From contig CM075981.1 of assembly GCA_038087875.1 (NCBI GenBank), positions 682,001 to 746,000 on the forward strand: a stretch of DNA of 64,000 bases, in the 5' to 3' direction. The translations under genes and the position numbers were made by a program. How positions within the stretch are numbered: the first letter of the stretch is position 1; every line of letters begins with the position of its first letter. A model generated the notes under the pieces. That model worked only from the letters and a program-made list of their open reading frames with translations, did no database searches and had not been told where the DNA came from. This document shows, one piece after another, positions 32,096 to 47,600 of the stretch. The stretch comes from Malacoraja senta. Its lineage: Eukaryota.

Positions 32096-35000
32096 TGTTT
32101 TTCTCATCTCAGTCCTAAAAGATTTCCCCTTTATCCTTAAACGGTGACCCCTTGTTCTGGACTTCCCCAACATCGGGAACAATCTTCCTGCATCTAGCCT
32201 GTCCAACCCCTTAAGAATTTTGTAAGTTTCTATAAGATTCCCCCTCAATCTTCTAAATTCTAGCGAGTACAAGCCAAGTCTATCCAGTCTTTCTTCATAT
32301 GAAAGTCCTGACATCCCAGGAATCTGTCTGGTGAACCTTCTCTGTACTCCCTCTATGGCAAGAATGTCCTTCCTCAGATTAGGAGACCAAAACTGTACGC
32401 AATACTCCAGGTGTGGTCTCACCAAGACCCTGTACAACTGCAGTAGAATCTCCCTGCTCCTATACTCAAGTCCTTTTGCTATGAATGCTAACATACCATT
32501 CGCTTTCTTCACTGCCTGCTGCACCTGCATGCCTACTTTCAATGACTGGTGTACCATGACACCCACGTCTCGTTGCATCTCCCCTTTTCCTAATTGGCCA
32601 CCATTCAGGTAATAGTCTACTTTCCTGTTTTTGCCACAAAGTGGATAACCTCACATTTATCCACATTATACTGCATCTGCCATGCATTTGCCCACTCACC
32701 CAGCCTATCCAAGTCATCTTGCAGCCACCTAGCACACTCCTCACAGCTAACAGTGCCTGCCAGCTTCGTGTCATCCACAAACTTGGAGATGTTGCATTCA
32801 ATTCCCTCGTCCAGATCATTAATATATATTGAAAATAGCTGGGGTCCCAGCACTGAGCTTTGCGGTACCCCACTAGTCACTGCCTGCCATTCTGAAAAGG
32901 ACCCGTTTACTCCTACTCTTTGCTTCCTGTCTGCCAGCCAGTTCTCTATCCACATCAATACTGAACCCCCAATACCGTGTGCTTTAAGTTTGTATATTAA
33001 TCTCTTATGTGGGACCTTGTCGAAAGCCTTCTGAAAGTCCAGATATAACACATCCACTGGTTCTCCCTTATCCACTCTACTAGTTACATCCTAGAAACTT
33101 CTATAAGATTCGTCAGACATGATTTACCTTTCATAAATCGATGCTGACTTTGTTCAATGATTTCACCATTTTCCAAATGTGCTGCTATCCCATCTTTAAT
33201 AACTGACTCTAGCAGTTTCCCCACTACCGATGTTAGACTAACTGGTCTGTAATTCCCCGTTTTCTCTCTCCCTCCATTTTTAAAAAGTGGGGTTACATTA
33301 GCTACCCTCCAATCCTCAGGAACTACTCCAGAATCTAAAGACTAATCTTTCTCATAGCCTACATGTTACCCTGGCCTGTTCCTACATCAAAACTAACTTT
33401 AAAATATCCATTGACCTTGCCTCCACACCCCTGCAATTTATCTGCAATAAATAGCTACATTAACCATATTACCTGATACAGCACCCCAAGTATTGTATAA
33501 GGATTGTATAATCACTTGCTTTTAGGAAAGAATTATGCCAAACAGCAGAACTGGTTTTGTTTAAAAAGCTGTTTATTAACAAACATATTTTATTGGTTAA
33601 CCTAAGCTGCTCTTGTCATTAGAGGTGAGAACAGTAATTAGTGATCAATTGATATAATAACCAGATGGGTCTTTCAAAAGCATCGTGTTATAGGAAAGAT
33701 GTTGTCTAGCTGGAAAGGATACAGAGAAGATTTATGAGGATGTTGCCAGGATTACATGGTCTGAGCTATAGTGAGGTTGAGTAGGCTGGGATTCCATTCC
33801 TTGGAGCGCAGGAGGATGAGCGGTGATCTTATAGAGATGTATAAAATTACAAGAGGAATAGATTGGGTAGATGCACAGTGTCACTTTCCCAGTGCAGGTG
33901 AATCGGGGACCAGAGGACATAGGTGTAATGTGAAGGGGAAAAGATTCAATAGGAATCTGAGGGGTAACTTTTTCACAGAAAGGGTGGTGGGTATATGGAA
34001 CAAACTGCCAGAGGAGGTAGTGAGGCAGGGACTATCCTAACGTTTTAGATACAGTTAGATAGGGTACTTGGATAGGACAGGTTTGGAGGGATATGGGGCA
34101 AATGCGAGCAGGTGGAACTAGTGTAGCTGGCCTGGGACATGTTGGCTGGTGTCGGCAAGTTGGGCAGAAGGGCCTGTTTCCACACTGAGTCACACTATGA
34201 CTGTGTATATAGCAATTATTTTGGAAAAGAACTTCATGAAAGCATTTGAAGGGATTTCTACTGTAAAACCAAGGTAATGTGTCTGTGTCTGAGGGTGAAT
34301 CCAGAAGTTAACCCTCACTCTTGTTTAGGGAGTTTGTACGTTCTCCCCGTGACCGCCTGGGTTTTCTCCGAGATCTTCAGTTTCCTCCCACACTCCAAAA
34401 ACGTATTGGTTAGTAGGTTAGTTGGCTTGGTATAAGTATAAATAGTCCCCAGTGCATGTAGGATGTTAATGCGTGGGATCACTGTTCGGTGCGGACTCGG
34501 TAGGCGAAGGGCCAGTTTCCACGCTGTATCTCTAAACTAAACTAAACTAGTTTAGGTTTAAGAAAGAACTGCAGATGCTGGAAAAAACGAAGGTAGTAAA
34601 AAATGCTGGAGAAACTCAGCGGGTGAGGCAGCATCTATGGAGCGAAGGAATAGGTGATGTTTCGGGTCGAGATCCTTCTTCAGACTGATGTGGAGGTGGG
34701 GGCGGGAGGCAGGAAGAAGAACGGAAGAGAAGGTGACAGTAGGCTGTGGGAGAGCTGGGAAGGGAAGGGGAAGGAGGGAGAAAGCAAGGACCACCTGAAA
34801 TTGGAGAAGTCAATGTTCATACTGCTGGAGTACACTACATATAGTAACTACACTACTACAAGTGTAGGTGGGCAGTTTGGTCAGCATGGTCAAGTTGGGA
34901 AGAAGGGCCTGTTTCTGCACTATATGACTATGAGTTTAACTCTGGTGCCAGTGTCCCACCCTGCTCTGCCCCACTCACCCTTCACCCTGGCACTGTGACA

Positions 35001-38000
35001 TGCGGGTGGATTTGGACTTGACCATGGTTCTCCACACCTCACAGATCTGATAACCCACCCTGCATACTGTCATAACAACCCTAACCCGTGGAACCAATGA
35101 TTTGGTTTCAAAATATTTACACTGTTGTTCAAATCTTCTTATCAACCTCACAACTTCCTATTTCTCAAAAACAGACATATAATGCTGGAGTAACTCAATG
35201 GGCCAGGCAGCATCTCCAGAGAACATGGATAGGTAAGGTTTTGGGTTGGGACCCTTCTTCAGGCTGATTGTAGTAGGGGGGAGAAAGCTGGGAGAGAGGT
35301 GGGGGAAGGCTGAAGCCTGGCAAGTGATAGGTGGATACAGGTGAGGGAGAGAGGGTTATTGGCTGATGGGTGGACGAAGGCCAGAGATGGAAAGAAGATA
35401 AAAGGCTGTGAGATATGGTGATATGAGATATTGAGAGAAGAGGCATGAAATATGAAGCTGGAAGAAAGGATATATATATATATATATATATAGATGTGGA
35501 AAGGGACGGAGATTAGGGGAAAAGATTGTTGTGGGTTAATTACTTAACACTAGAAAATTCAATGTTCCCACCATTGGGTTGCAATCTACTCGAGCGGACT
35601 ATCAGATATCACTGCATCTGTACTTCCTTGTGTCTTCCTGTTTCTCAACCTATTTTGTTGTGAGTTGCTCACATTGTGTTGTCACACTGCTACACTGGTG
35701 ATGGAGAGGCTTGTTCTGGGTGATATTTGTGGTGTTGGGTTTGCTGAAGGTGGAACTGCAACCACCACCAGAGACCTAGGTTCAATTCTGACCTCCGGCG
35801 CTATCAGTGTGGAGTTTGCACGTTCTCCCTGTGACCGCGTGGGTCTCCTCTGGGTGCTCCGGCATCCTCCCACATCCCCAAAACGTGTGGCTCTGTAGGT
35901 TAATTGGCCCTCTTGTCGAATTGTACTCAATGTGTAGGGAGTGCATGCAAAAGCGGTGTAACGTGGGACTAGTGTGAACAGGTGATCGATGGTCAGCGTG
36001 GACTCGGTGGGCCGAAGGGTCTGTTTCCATGCTGTATCTCGAACCAGCATGTGATTCGATGCCAAATTCTACCTGACAATGGTGCTGTGAAGAACCTCGA
36101 GACTTTTCCAGCACCTTTAATGCACTGTTGAAATGCAAGTTGCAATGCAAAATGAAATTATTGCAAAGAATTGCTCAATAAACCTTTAGTCAGAGGGTGA
36201 TGAATCTGTGGAATTCTTTGCCACAGAGGCTGTCAGTGGATATTTTTAAGGCAGAGATAGAGAGATTCTTAATTAGTTCAGGTGTCACGGGTTATGGGGA
36301 GAAGGCAGGAGAATGGGGTTAGGAGGGAGAGATGGATCAGCCATGATTGAATGGCGCAATAGACTTGATGGGCCGAATGGCCTAATTCTACTCCTTTCAC
36401 CTAAGAACTTATGACAAAATTCAGCCATCTTCATTTACATTGGATTACTTTAACCATTATTCAAAGTGCAGCATTTTACACGGCAATTCTATTGGTAATA
36501 AAGTTAAAAGTTCACATTCTGGAGAGCCAGCTTTGAGTTCTAGTCTACGTACTGCTGTCTTTTGGGTGAATGTCAGGATGTACAGAAGTGTCTGCAAACA
36601 TTGGTGCCTTTTTGAGGCAGCGACTCCGATAAATAAAATGTTTGGAGCTGAGTTCCAGAGGTCACCCCTCACCCTGCCACTATGTCCTACAGTGGTATAG
36701 GACAGGCAGCACACCCTCCCCACTGACGATCAAGGAGCCTCTGTGTGGAGATAGATGATCAGATCAATCCAGATCATGTTCATAAGTTATAAGAGCAGAA
36801 TTAGGACATTCGGCCCATCAAATCCACTCCGCCATTCAATCAATCATGGCTGATCTATCTTTCCCTCTCGACCCCATTCTCCTGCCTTCTCCCCATAACC
36901 CCCGACACTCGTACTAATCAAGAATCTATCAATCTCCGCCTTAAAAATGTCCTTTGACTTGGCCTCCACATCCTTCTGTCGCAATGATTTCCACAGATTC
37001 ACCACCCTCTGACTAAAGAAATTCGTTCTCATCTCCTTTCTCAAACTATGCCCTTTTATTCTGAGGCTAGGGCACAAATTCATCACCCTCTCTCTCAAGG
37101 GTGTCTTGGGTGACTTTCCCAGGCTACTTGAGCCACACCATGGGCCAGCGTAGACATCCAGCAAAAGGTCAGTTTGTGGCAGGGTGTGGTGGAGATGCCC
37201 TTCAAAATAAGGGAAGGTATCCCACGCCAGTGGGCCACATGAGTGGCAAGGGTATGGGGTAAATTTGTGTAATTTGTGTAAACAGTATTGAATGTATGTC
37301 TAGCCTCCGAGAATGTCGGATGGAGTTTTGTAAGGATCATGAATTGTATATATTTTATTTTTCTAATAAAGTATATTTTGAAATTTAAAAAAACCCGGAG
37401 TCAGAGTGTTGTGGGTTCAACTCCCACTCCAGATGCTGTCACTCTGGCCTGCTGCTCTGCTGTCTGCTCTCGCAAGCCTGCTTTCTCTCTTCAGTGCAGC
37501 ACGGAGGTGCAGCGGTTAGCTGCTGCCTCACAGCGCCAGAGACCCGGGTTTGATCCTGACTACGGGTGCTGTCTGTGTGGAGTTTGAACGTTCTCCCTGT
37601 GACCTCGTGGGTTTCCTCCAGGTGCTCTGGTTTCCTCCCACATCCCTAATCCATGCGAGTTTGTAGGTTAAATACCTCTGCAAGATTGTCGCAAATGTGT
37701 AGGGAATGGATGAGAAAAGTGGGATAACAGAACTAGTGTGTACAGGTAGACAAAAATGCTGGAGAAACTCAGCGTTTTTGTCTACCTTCATGTTCCAGCA
37801 TCTGCAGTTCCTTCTTAAACATTGTGTGTACAGGTGATCAATGGTCGGCGTGGACTCGGTGGGCCAATGGGCCTGTTTCCATACGGTATCTCTAAACCAA
37901 GCATAGAAACATAAAAACATAGAAAATAGGTGCAGGAGTAGGCCATTCGTCCCTTCGAGCCTGCACCGCCATTCAATATGATCATGGCTGATCATCCAAC

Positions 38001-38206
38001 TCAGTATCCTGTACCTGCTTCCTCTCCATACCCCCTGATCCCTTTAGCCACAAGGGCCACATCTAACTCCCTCTTAAATATAGCCAATGAACTGGCCTCA
38101 ACTACATTCTGTGGCAGAGAATTCCAGAGATTCACCACTCTCTGTGTAAAAAATGTTTTTCTCATCTCGGTCCTAAAGGATTACCCCCTTTTTTTTTTTT
38201 TTTACT

Positions 38207-40035
38207 GACTTCCGGTGGCGCTATGGAGGCTTGAGTCCAGTGCCAACTAGCTCCGTGCCGAAGAATCTGAAAACGGGAGAAAATCGGGTCTTACCTGCAG
38301 CGATCGCGATCTGAACGGCTGCCTGCCGCGTGACGTCATCAGGCGCGCGACTTTGATGGTATGTCGATGCAACATACCCCCCCCCCCCCGTGGGCCAAAA
38401 AAAACCGTTAAAGGGAAACCACCGATGGAAGAGGTAGGCCTAACTGAGGCCTCGGCCTCAGTTACAATGACGGCCCAGGAAGACCCAACGAAGAAATCAA
38501 AGCAGAAAAAGTCTGAAATTGAAGATCTAAAACTTTTCTTGCTGTTGAAATTAAACAGATTCAACTACAGTTGAAAACCTTCGAAGGAAATTTGAAATTG
38601 AATTTTAAAGAGGAACTTAACTCTTTCAAGGAAGATTTTAAAGCAGAAATGGATTCTACCGTTCAAGAAATACTGGAAGTCTGGAAGTGGTCGAGGGACG
38701 ATGAGGCCAAGGAACAGATGGAAGTGCTGGAAGCCAGGCTCGTTTCGGTGGAATCGAGCATTAATAGGGAGGTGATCCCCATTCATCAAGCACTTGATCA
38801 ACATAGAACAGCGATAACCGAACTTGAGAAATGGGCGGCGACAAGTGAGGAAACTGTAAATCGACTCCTTATTGAAAACCAACGCCTCTCCGGTATGGTG
38901 ATCAAATTAAGTGATAAGTGTACCGATCTGGAGGGGCGTCAAAGACGCAAGAATTTAAGAATTGTAGGGATGAAAGAAGGAAGTGAGAGGGAAATGGGCC
39001 CTCGGGATTTTGTGGCAGACCTACTACAAAAAGCCTTAAAATTGGATCAGAAACCTTCACTCGGTCGAGCACATAGAGCGCAGGGGCGTCGTACACAAGA
39101 TGATGCCCATCCAAGACAAATTATAGTAAAGGTGCAACTTGATCATGAATTTGACGAGATAATGAAGAAAATTGTCCGAAGCGGACAGCTCTATTTTGAA
39201 GGTGCGAGGTTCAGTATTTACCAAGATTATCCGGCAGAGGTCTTCAAGAAAAGAGCGCTGTTCACTGAGACAAAAAGAATACTGAAGAAGGTACCTGCAT
39301 TGAGATACGGCTTGCTTTACCCCGCAAGACTAAGAGTCACCTACAAGTAGAAGGAGCAATTTTTTACAGACCACGAAAAAGCACTGGAATTTGCCAAAGA
39401 AATCGAGAACGTGACCACAGACTGAAGAATTTGCATTACTCCTCAGGAGTCAAGGATTAATGGGACTTCGCCAGATTTAAAAGGACCTTTAAAGTTCTTT
39501 TAAGAGCTTTAAGGACATTCGAAAACTGAAATGGACGGTGGACATTGGAGAAAACCGTGGTTTTTTATTTTTTAATCTTTTTTTATTTTTAGTATCAACT
39601 CTAAGAACAATAATATCATAGTTACGACCAATTGTTATTAATCACTATTACTATTTAGTATATTCATATCTAACTATATATGTAACTACTAATACTTATT
39701 AAATATCTATATTATTACTAAAATTATTAACATCTATATTACTCATAAAAATTTAATACTAGGTATGATTGATAACAATGATCAATAACTAAAAGTCTCT
39801 GGTTAACGTAGAAATGAGTTACATACTTATATTCTGTAGGAATATGTGCAAGAGGTAATTCAGCCTACGTCATAATAAGGTTTGACGGTTTTTCTCTTTA
39901 TTTTTCAATTTAAAATTAAATTTATAGATTTAGCGAAGATATTAATACGGTATGTAGAGAATAATAACGTTGTGAATTTATGCTGTTTTTGGACTTTTCT
40001 GCAGGGATATGTGCATATATATGTATGCATATGGG

Positions 40036-40088
<53 letters not shown>

Positions 40089-43000
40089 ATGTATGTGTAT
40101 ATATATATGTTTGCTACTCCCAAAGAAGTTAATTGATTGTCAGAAATATTCATTTTTTTTTTCTCGGGCACGGAGCTGGGATTTTTTTTTTACAAAGGCT
40201 ACGGAAGTCTTTAGAATTCTAGCCACGTTAGTGTGGCTATCACTAACTACACTAATTGTAGATGTAGTTTTTTTTCTTTCACCCTATACTAACCAATTCT
40301 ATCACTTTTTTCACTTTAAATATTTTTATAACAATGTTTGAATGGAACAACAAGACTAATTCAAGGAGATGTGTTCGGAAGAGCGATGTATATTATTTAA
40401 AATTCATCTATTTGAGGTTCGGGAGCAGGGTCAGGTTTTATGTGTTGCACCTTCTGCTCGGTTATAGACCACCTTAGAAACAATATGCAAGATGTTAATA
40501 TGACAAGAGGGGGTGAGGGAATAACATTTTGTAGTTGGAATGTTAAGGGAATCAATGAACCAATTAAGAGAGGTAAAGTTTTGGCACATCTAAATTCAAT
40601 CAAAACAGATATAATATTCCTTCAAGAAACACACCTTAAAAAGGAATCTCAACATAGACTTAAAGCTAAGTGGATCGCTGAATCATATCATTCCTCTTTT
40701 TCCCATAAGTCCAGAGGACAATATTAATTCGTAAAGGAATACCTTATACGCATTCATCAACAATAGCGGATATTGATGGTAGATATATTATATTAGTTGG
40801 AGAGTTAAATGGAGAAAAAGTGATTCTTCTTAATGTATATGGGCCTAATTTTGACAATCCTATGTTTTTTAATAAAACATTTAATATAATTCCTGAATTT
40901 ACACAATATAAATTAATAATTGGAGGAGACTTCAATTGCACATTAGATTCATACTTAGATAGATCATCAAGGCAAAAAAAAGTAAAATCTCAATCAAGTG
41001 TATTTTGAAATTCATTTATTAATACCACTAATATTAAGGATGTCTGGAGAATTGAAAATCCAACTGGACGGGAATATTCATTTTACTCACCAGTACATAA
41101 AACATACTCAAGAATAGATTATTTTTTAGCTGACTCCACGTTTATCCCATTTACTTACAACTCAAAATACCATAATATTATAATCTCAGATCACGCACCT
41201 GTAACATTCATGATTAAATTAAATGGAATGTCCGAGAAACAAACATATTGGAGATTTAACCCACAAATTTTGAACGAAAGTTCATGCCAGGAATATCTTA
41301 TTAAACAGATTCAAATATTTTTTGAGGTAAATGACAACCCTGACACACCCACTTCTCTTATGTGGGAAACGTTTAAAGCGTTTGTTCGAGGTGCATTAAT
41401 TTCTGCCCAAGTATTTTATAATAAAGAGGATTAAACAACAAACATTGGAAAGGGAAATCAAGCAACTAGATATAGAAAATGCGAGAATGCCATCTATTTT
41501 AAAACATAATAAAATTGCTGTATTGAAATATAAATTAAACAAAATGTATTCAGAACAAGTAATAAAACTTTATCAAAAAACCAAACAATTACATTTCGAG
41601 TTTGGAGACAAACCACAAAAACTATTAGCACGTCAGTTATGAAAAATGGAGGGGGAAAAAATAATTCATAAAATTAGAACAGATACAGGAGAATAATTAA
41701 AAATGCCCAAGGATATAAACGAGAGATTTCTCCAATACTATCATAATCTTTATTCAACTAAAACTGTAGTACAACCAGAAGGAATAGCAGATTTTTTACT
41801 AAAATGTAATTTAAAAGGTTTAGACTCAAACGATAGAGAATTATTAGAAAGGGAGATTACGATAAAGGATATTGAAGAGTCTATTGGCTCTTTAAAAAAT
41901 GGTAAAGCAGTAGGACCAGATGGTTTAGGCTCTGAATTCTATAAAAAAAATTATGACTTGCTCTCCCCACGTTTACAAAGGCTGTATGAGCATATCTATA
42001 CACAACAGAAACTTCCAGATACTTTAAATGAATCTATAATAACACTTATTCCTAAAGTTGATAAAGATCCGGAAGATCCGGGATCATATAGAGCAATTGC
42101 ACTTTTAAATACAGATCAGAAAATATTAACTAAAATACTAGCGCATAGATTAAGTACAGTGATGAATAAATTAATACACCCTGACCAAACAGGCTTTATT
42201 CAGAAACGGTACTCATATTATAATCTAAGAAGATTATTTAATATTATATATTCTAAGAGAATTATTAATGAAGATCTAGCAATAATCTCACTTGACGCTG
42301 AAAAAGCTTTTGATCAGGTTGAATGGTCCTATTTATTTTCGGTGATGGAAAATATGCAGCTAGGGGAGAAATTCTGCACATGGATAAGACTGTTATATAC
42401 AAACCCTACGGCTAGAATATTAACAAACCAAAGGTTGTCATCTAAATTCAGCCTATCTAGAGGTTGTAGACAAGGATGCCCGTTATCTCCATTATTATTT
42501 GCGCTTGCTATTGAGCCACTCGCAGAAAGAGTTAGGGGTCATCCGGAAATACATGGGTATAATACAAAGGATACAGTGAATAAAATTTCTCTATACGCAG
42601 ATGATGTACTAATTTAGATTACAAAACCAGAAATTAGTATTCCAAACTTATTAAAGCTAATAACCCAATTTGGTTCACTCTCAGGATACAGAATAAATTG
42701 GAATAAAAGTGAAATTATGCCAATAAGGGAACACAACAAACAGATAATACAACAATTTCCATTTAAAATAGTAAATGAAAAATTCAAATACCTAGGCATT
42801 TACGTAACTAAGATATATACATCATTATTTAAAGCAAATTTTCCCCCATTACTGAACAAATTACATAAGAATATTCAATATTGGAAAACACTTCCTATCT
42901 CAATGGTTGGCAAAATTAATGCCATAAAAATGATTTTTTTACCACAAATATTATACCTTTTTCAGACAATTCCGATATATTTGTCAAAAAACTTTTTTTT

Positions 43001-44608
43001 AAAATTGGATTCCATTGTTAATGATTTTATCTGGGATTATAAGAATCATAGGATAAACAAAAGACATTTGTGTAAATCAAAAATAAATGGAGGCTTGGTT
43101 CTACCAAATTTCCTGTTTTATTTTTGGGCAGTTAATATTAAAAATATGAATTTCTGGTTGGAAGAAATAGATCAACAACCAGATTGGTTAAAAATGGAAA
43201 AGGAAGATTGTTTACCTTTTGATATCGGCTCGATATTATTTGCTACGTCTAAATTAAACAAAAAAATGTATATGGAAATCCCTATAATATTTAGTGCTAT
43301 ACGAATTTGGAAACAATTAAAAAATACATTAAAATTAGATAACATCACTTATTCTTCCAATTGTGAATAACCCTTTGTTTAAACCCTCATGGTTGGACAG
43401 GGGTTTTACACAATGGAAGAAATATGGAATCAAAAATATGGGACATCTTTACAAGGAAGGCACTTTTCTTACATTTCAGGAGTTGCAACAGACTTATGGA
43501 TTTCGAGGAAATGATTTTTTCAGATATCTTCAACTCAGAGATTATGTAAAATCGAATACTCAAAATTTTCGAATTAGAAATTCAGAAATTCTTGATGAAT
43601 GTTGGAATAAACATCCTAATACAGAAAAATTAATATCATATATATATAATATTTTATTAGACAGTAACATTCCATCGACGGACTTACACAGACAAACATG
43701 GGAAAAAGAATTAAATCAAATAATAACGAAAGATACTTGGGAAGAAAGTTTACAACACATACATCAATGTTCATTAAATGCCAGATATTCTTTAATACAA
43801 TTTAAAGTAATACATAGGTTACATTATTCAAAAACAAAATTACATAAAATCTTTCAACATATCTCACCTATATGTGATAAATGTCAACATTTAGAAGCTA
43901 ACTTATCTCATATGTTTGCAAACTGTATAAAAATAAAAAAATTCTGGGTAAATATTTTCAGTATAATATCTAAAGTGACCAGCACACAATTGGACCCGGA
44001 TCCAAAACTAATAATACTCGGAACATTAGAATTAAATCAAACATTTACAACAACACAAAGACACTTTATTGATTATAGTATAATAACGGGAAAAAAATTA
44101 ATTCTAAAATTTTGGAAAGGCCCTATAACCCCCACAATCAAAATGTGGATTATAGAAATGACGGAGACCTTAAATGTGGAAAGAATCAGATTTGCCCTGT
44201 TGGACAAACAGGAATTATTCGTTGGAACATGGTCTCCCTTTATTGATTATTTAAAGGGTCAGAATGGTTCAGCACAAGAACCTGACTAGCACTCGGGCTA
44301 AAGAATGGATGAAATGTTATACTCTGAAATGTACGAATATATCTCGAACGAAGTTTTTTATCTTAATAAATGTTTCCATTCTTCTTTAACTATCTTTTTC
44401 TTCTCTGTTTTCTTTTTTTTTTCTTTCTTTACTTCATCTATCTTTTTAGTTCTATCTAGTTTAAAATTTTTTTTTAAAAAAGGCAAAAGGTATTGGAGAC
44501 AATGTAATAATAATTGACGATATTATCAATTTAAAAATGTAAGACTGGTAATGATGATAATATGTTGTGTTTTATCTCCAATAAAAAATATTTTCAAAAA
44601 AAAAAAAA
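38207..44608 (+). mobile_element. Full-length disabled L1, duplicate of 5841-12241
   Basis: Same ORF fragments; retains 3 bp (near 42675) that copy A lacks. Confidence 0.96.
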
Positions 44609-47600
44609 TGTTTTTCTCATCTCAGTCCTAAAAGATTTCCCCTTTATCCTTAAACTGTGACCCCTTGTTCTGGACTTCCCCAACATCGGGAGCAATCTTC
44701 CTGCATCTAGCCTGTCCAACCCCTTAACAATGTTGTAAGTTTCTATAAGATTCCCCCTCAATCTTCTAAATTCTAGCGAGTACAAGCCGAGTCTATCCAG
44801 TCTTTCTTCATATGAAAGTCCTGACATCCCAGGAATCAGTCTTGTGAACCTTCTCTGTACTCCCTCTATGGCAAGAATGTCCTTCCTCAGATTAGGAGAC
44901 CAAAACTGTACGCAATACTCCAGGTGTGGTCTCACCAAGACCCTGTACAACTGCAGTAGAATCTCCCTGCTCCTATACTCAAGTCCTTTTGCTATGAATG
45001 CTCACATACCATTCGCTTTCTTCACTGCCTGCTGCACCTGCATGCCTACTTTCAATGACTGGTGTACCATGACACCCAGGTTTCGTTGCATCTCCCCTTT
45101 TCCTAATTGGCCACCATTCAGGTAATAGTCTACTTTCCTGTTTTTGCCACAAAGTGGATAACCTCACATTTATCCACATTATACTGCATCTGCCATGCAT
45201 TTGCCCACTCACCCAGCCTATCCAAGTCATCTTGCAGCCTCCTAGCACACTCCTCACAGCTAATACTGCCTGCCAGCTTCGTGTCATCCGCAAACTTGGA
45301 GATGTTGCATTCAATTCCCTCGTCCAAATAATTAATATATATTGTAAATAGTTGGGGTCCCAGCACTGAGCTTTGCGGTACCCCACTAGTCACTGTCTGC
45401 CCTTCTGAAAAGGACCCGTTTACTCCTACTCTTTGCTTCCTGTCTGCCAGCCAGTTCTCTATCCACATCAATACTGAACCCCCAATACCGTGTGCTTTAA
45501 GTTTGTATATTAATCTCTTATGTGGGACCTTGTCGAAAGCCTTCTGAAAGTCCAGATATAACACATCCACTGGTTCTCCCTTATCCACTCTACTAGTTAC
45601 ATCCTAGAAAAATTCTATAAGATTCGTCAGACATGATTTACCTTTCATAAATCCATGCTGACTTTGTCCAATGATTTCACCATTTTCCAAATGTGCTGCT
45701 ATCCCATCTTTAATAACTGACTCTAGCAGTTTCCCCACTACCGATGTTAGACTAACTGGACTGTAATTCCCCATTTTCTCTCTCCCTCCATTTTTAAAAA
45801 GTGGGGTTACATTAGCTACCCTCCAATCCTCAGGAACTACTCCAGAATCTAAAGACTAATCTTTCTCATAGCCTACATGTTACCCTGGCCTGTTCCTACA
45901 TCAAAACTAACTTAAAAATATCCATTGACCTTGCCTCCACACCCCTGCAATTTATCTGCAATAAATAGCTACATTAACCATATTACCTGATACAGCACCC
46001 CAAGTATTGTATAAGGATTGTATAATCACTTGCTTTTAGGATAGAATTATGCCAAACAGCAGAACTGGTTTTGTTTAAAAAGCTGTTTATTAACAAACAT
46101 ATTTTATTGGTTAACCTAAGCTGCTCTTGTCATTAGAGGTGAGAACAGTAATTAGTGATCAATTGATATAATAACCAGATGGGTCTTTCAAAAGCATCGT
46201 GTTATAGGAAAGATGTTGTCTAGCTGGAAAGGATACAGAGAAGATTTACGAGGATGTTGCCAGGATTACATGGTCTGAGCTATAGTGAGGTTGAGTAGGC
46301 TGGGATTCTATTCCTTGGAGCGCAGAGGATGAGGGGTGATCTTATAGAGATGTATAAAATTACAAGAGGAATAGATTGGGTAGATGCACAGTGTCACTTT
46401 CCCAGTGCAGGTGAATCGGGGACCAGAGGACATAGGTGTAATGTGAAGGGGAAAAGATTCAATAGGAATCTGAGGGGTAACTTTTTCACAGAAAGGGTGG
46501 TGGGTATATGGAACAAACTGCCAGAGGAGGTAGTGAGGCAGGGACTATCCCAATGTTTTAGATACAGTTAGATAGGGTACTTGGATAGGACAGGTTTGGA
46601 GGGATATGGGGCAAATGCGAGCAGGTGGAACTGGCCTGGGACATGTTGGCTGGTGTCGGCAAGTTGGGCAGAAGGGCCTGTTTCCACACTGAGTCACACT
46701 ATGACTCTATGTGTATAGCAATTATTTTGGAAAAGAACTTCATGAAAGCATTTGAAGGGATTTCTACTGTAAAACCAAGGTAATGTGTGTGTGTCTGAGG
46801 GTGAATCCAGAAGTTAACCCTCACTCTTGTTTAGGGAGTTTGTACGTTCTCCCCGCCTGGGTTTTCTCCGAGATCTTCAGTTTCCTCCCACACTCCAAAA
46901 ACGTATCGGTTAGTTGGTTAGTTGGCTTGGTATAAGTATAAATAGTCCCCAGTGCATGTAGGATGTTAATGCGTGGGATCACTGTTCGGTGCGGACTCGG
47001 TAGGTGAAGGGCCAGTTTCCACGCTGTATCTCTAAACTAAACTAAACTAGTTTAGGTTTAAGAAAGAACTGCAGATGCTGGAAAAAACGAAGGTAGTAAA
47101 AAATGCTGGAGAAACTCAGCGGATGAGGCAGCATCTATGGAGCGAAGGAATAGGTGATGTTTCGGGTCGAGATCCTTCTTCAGACTGATGTGGAGGTGGG
47201 GGCGGGAGGCAGGAAGAAGAACGGAAGCGAAGGTGACAGTAGGCTGTGGGAGAGCTGGGAAGGGGAGGGGAAGGAGGGAGAAAGCAAGGACCACCTGAAA
47301 TTGGAGAAGTCAATGTTCATACCACTGGGGTACACTACATATAGTAACTACACTACTACTAGTGTAGGTGGGCAGTTTGGTCAGCATGGTCAAGTTGGGA
47401 AGAAGGGCCTGTTTCTGCACTATATGACTCTATGAGTTTAACTCTGGTGCCAGTGTCCCACCCTGCTCTGCCCCACTCACCCTTCACCCTGGCACTGTGA
47501 CATGTGGGTGGATTTGGACTTGACCATGGTTCTCCACACCTCACAGATCTGATAACCCACCCTGCATACTGTCATAACAACCCTAACCCGTGGAACCAAT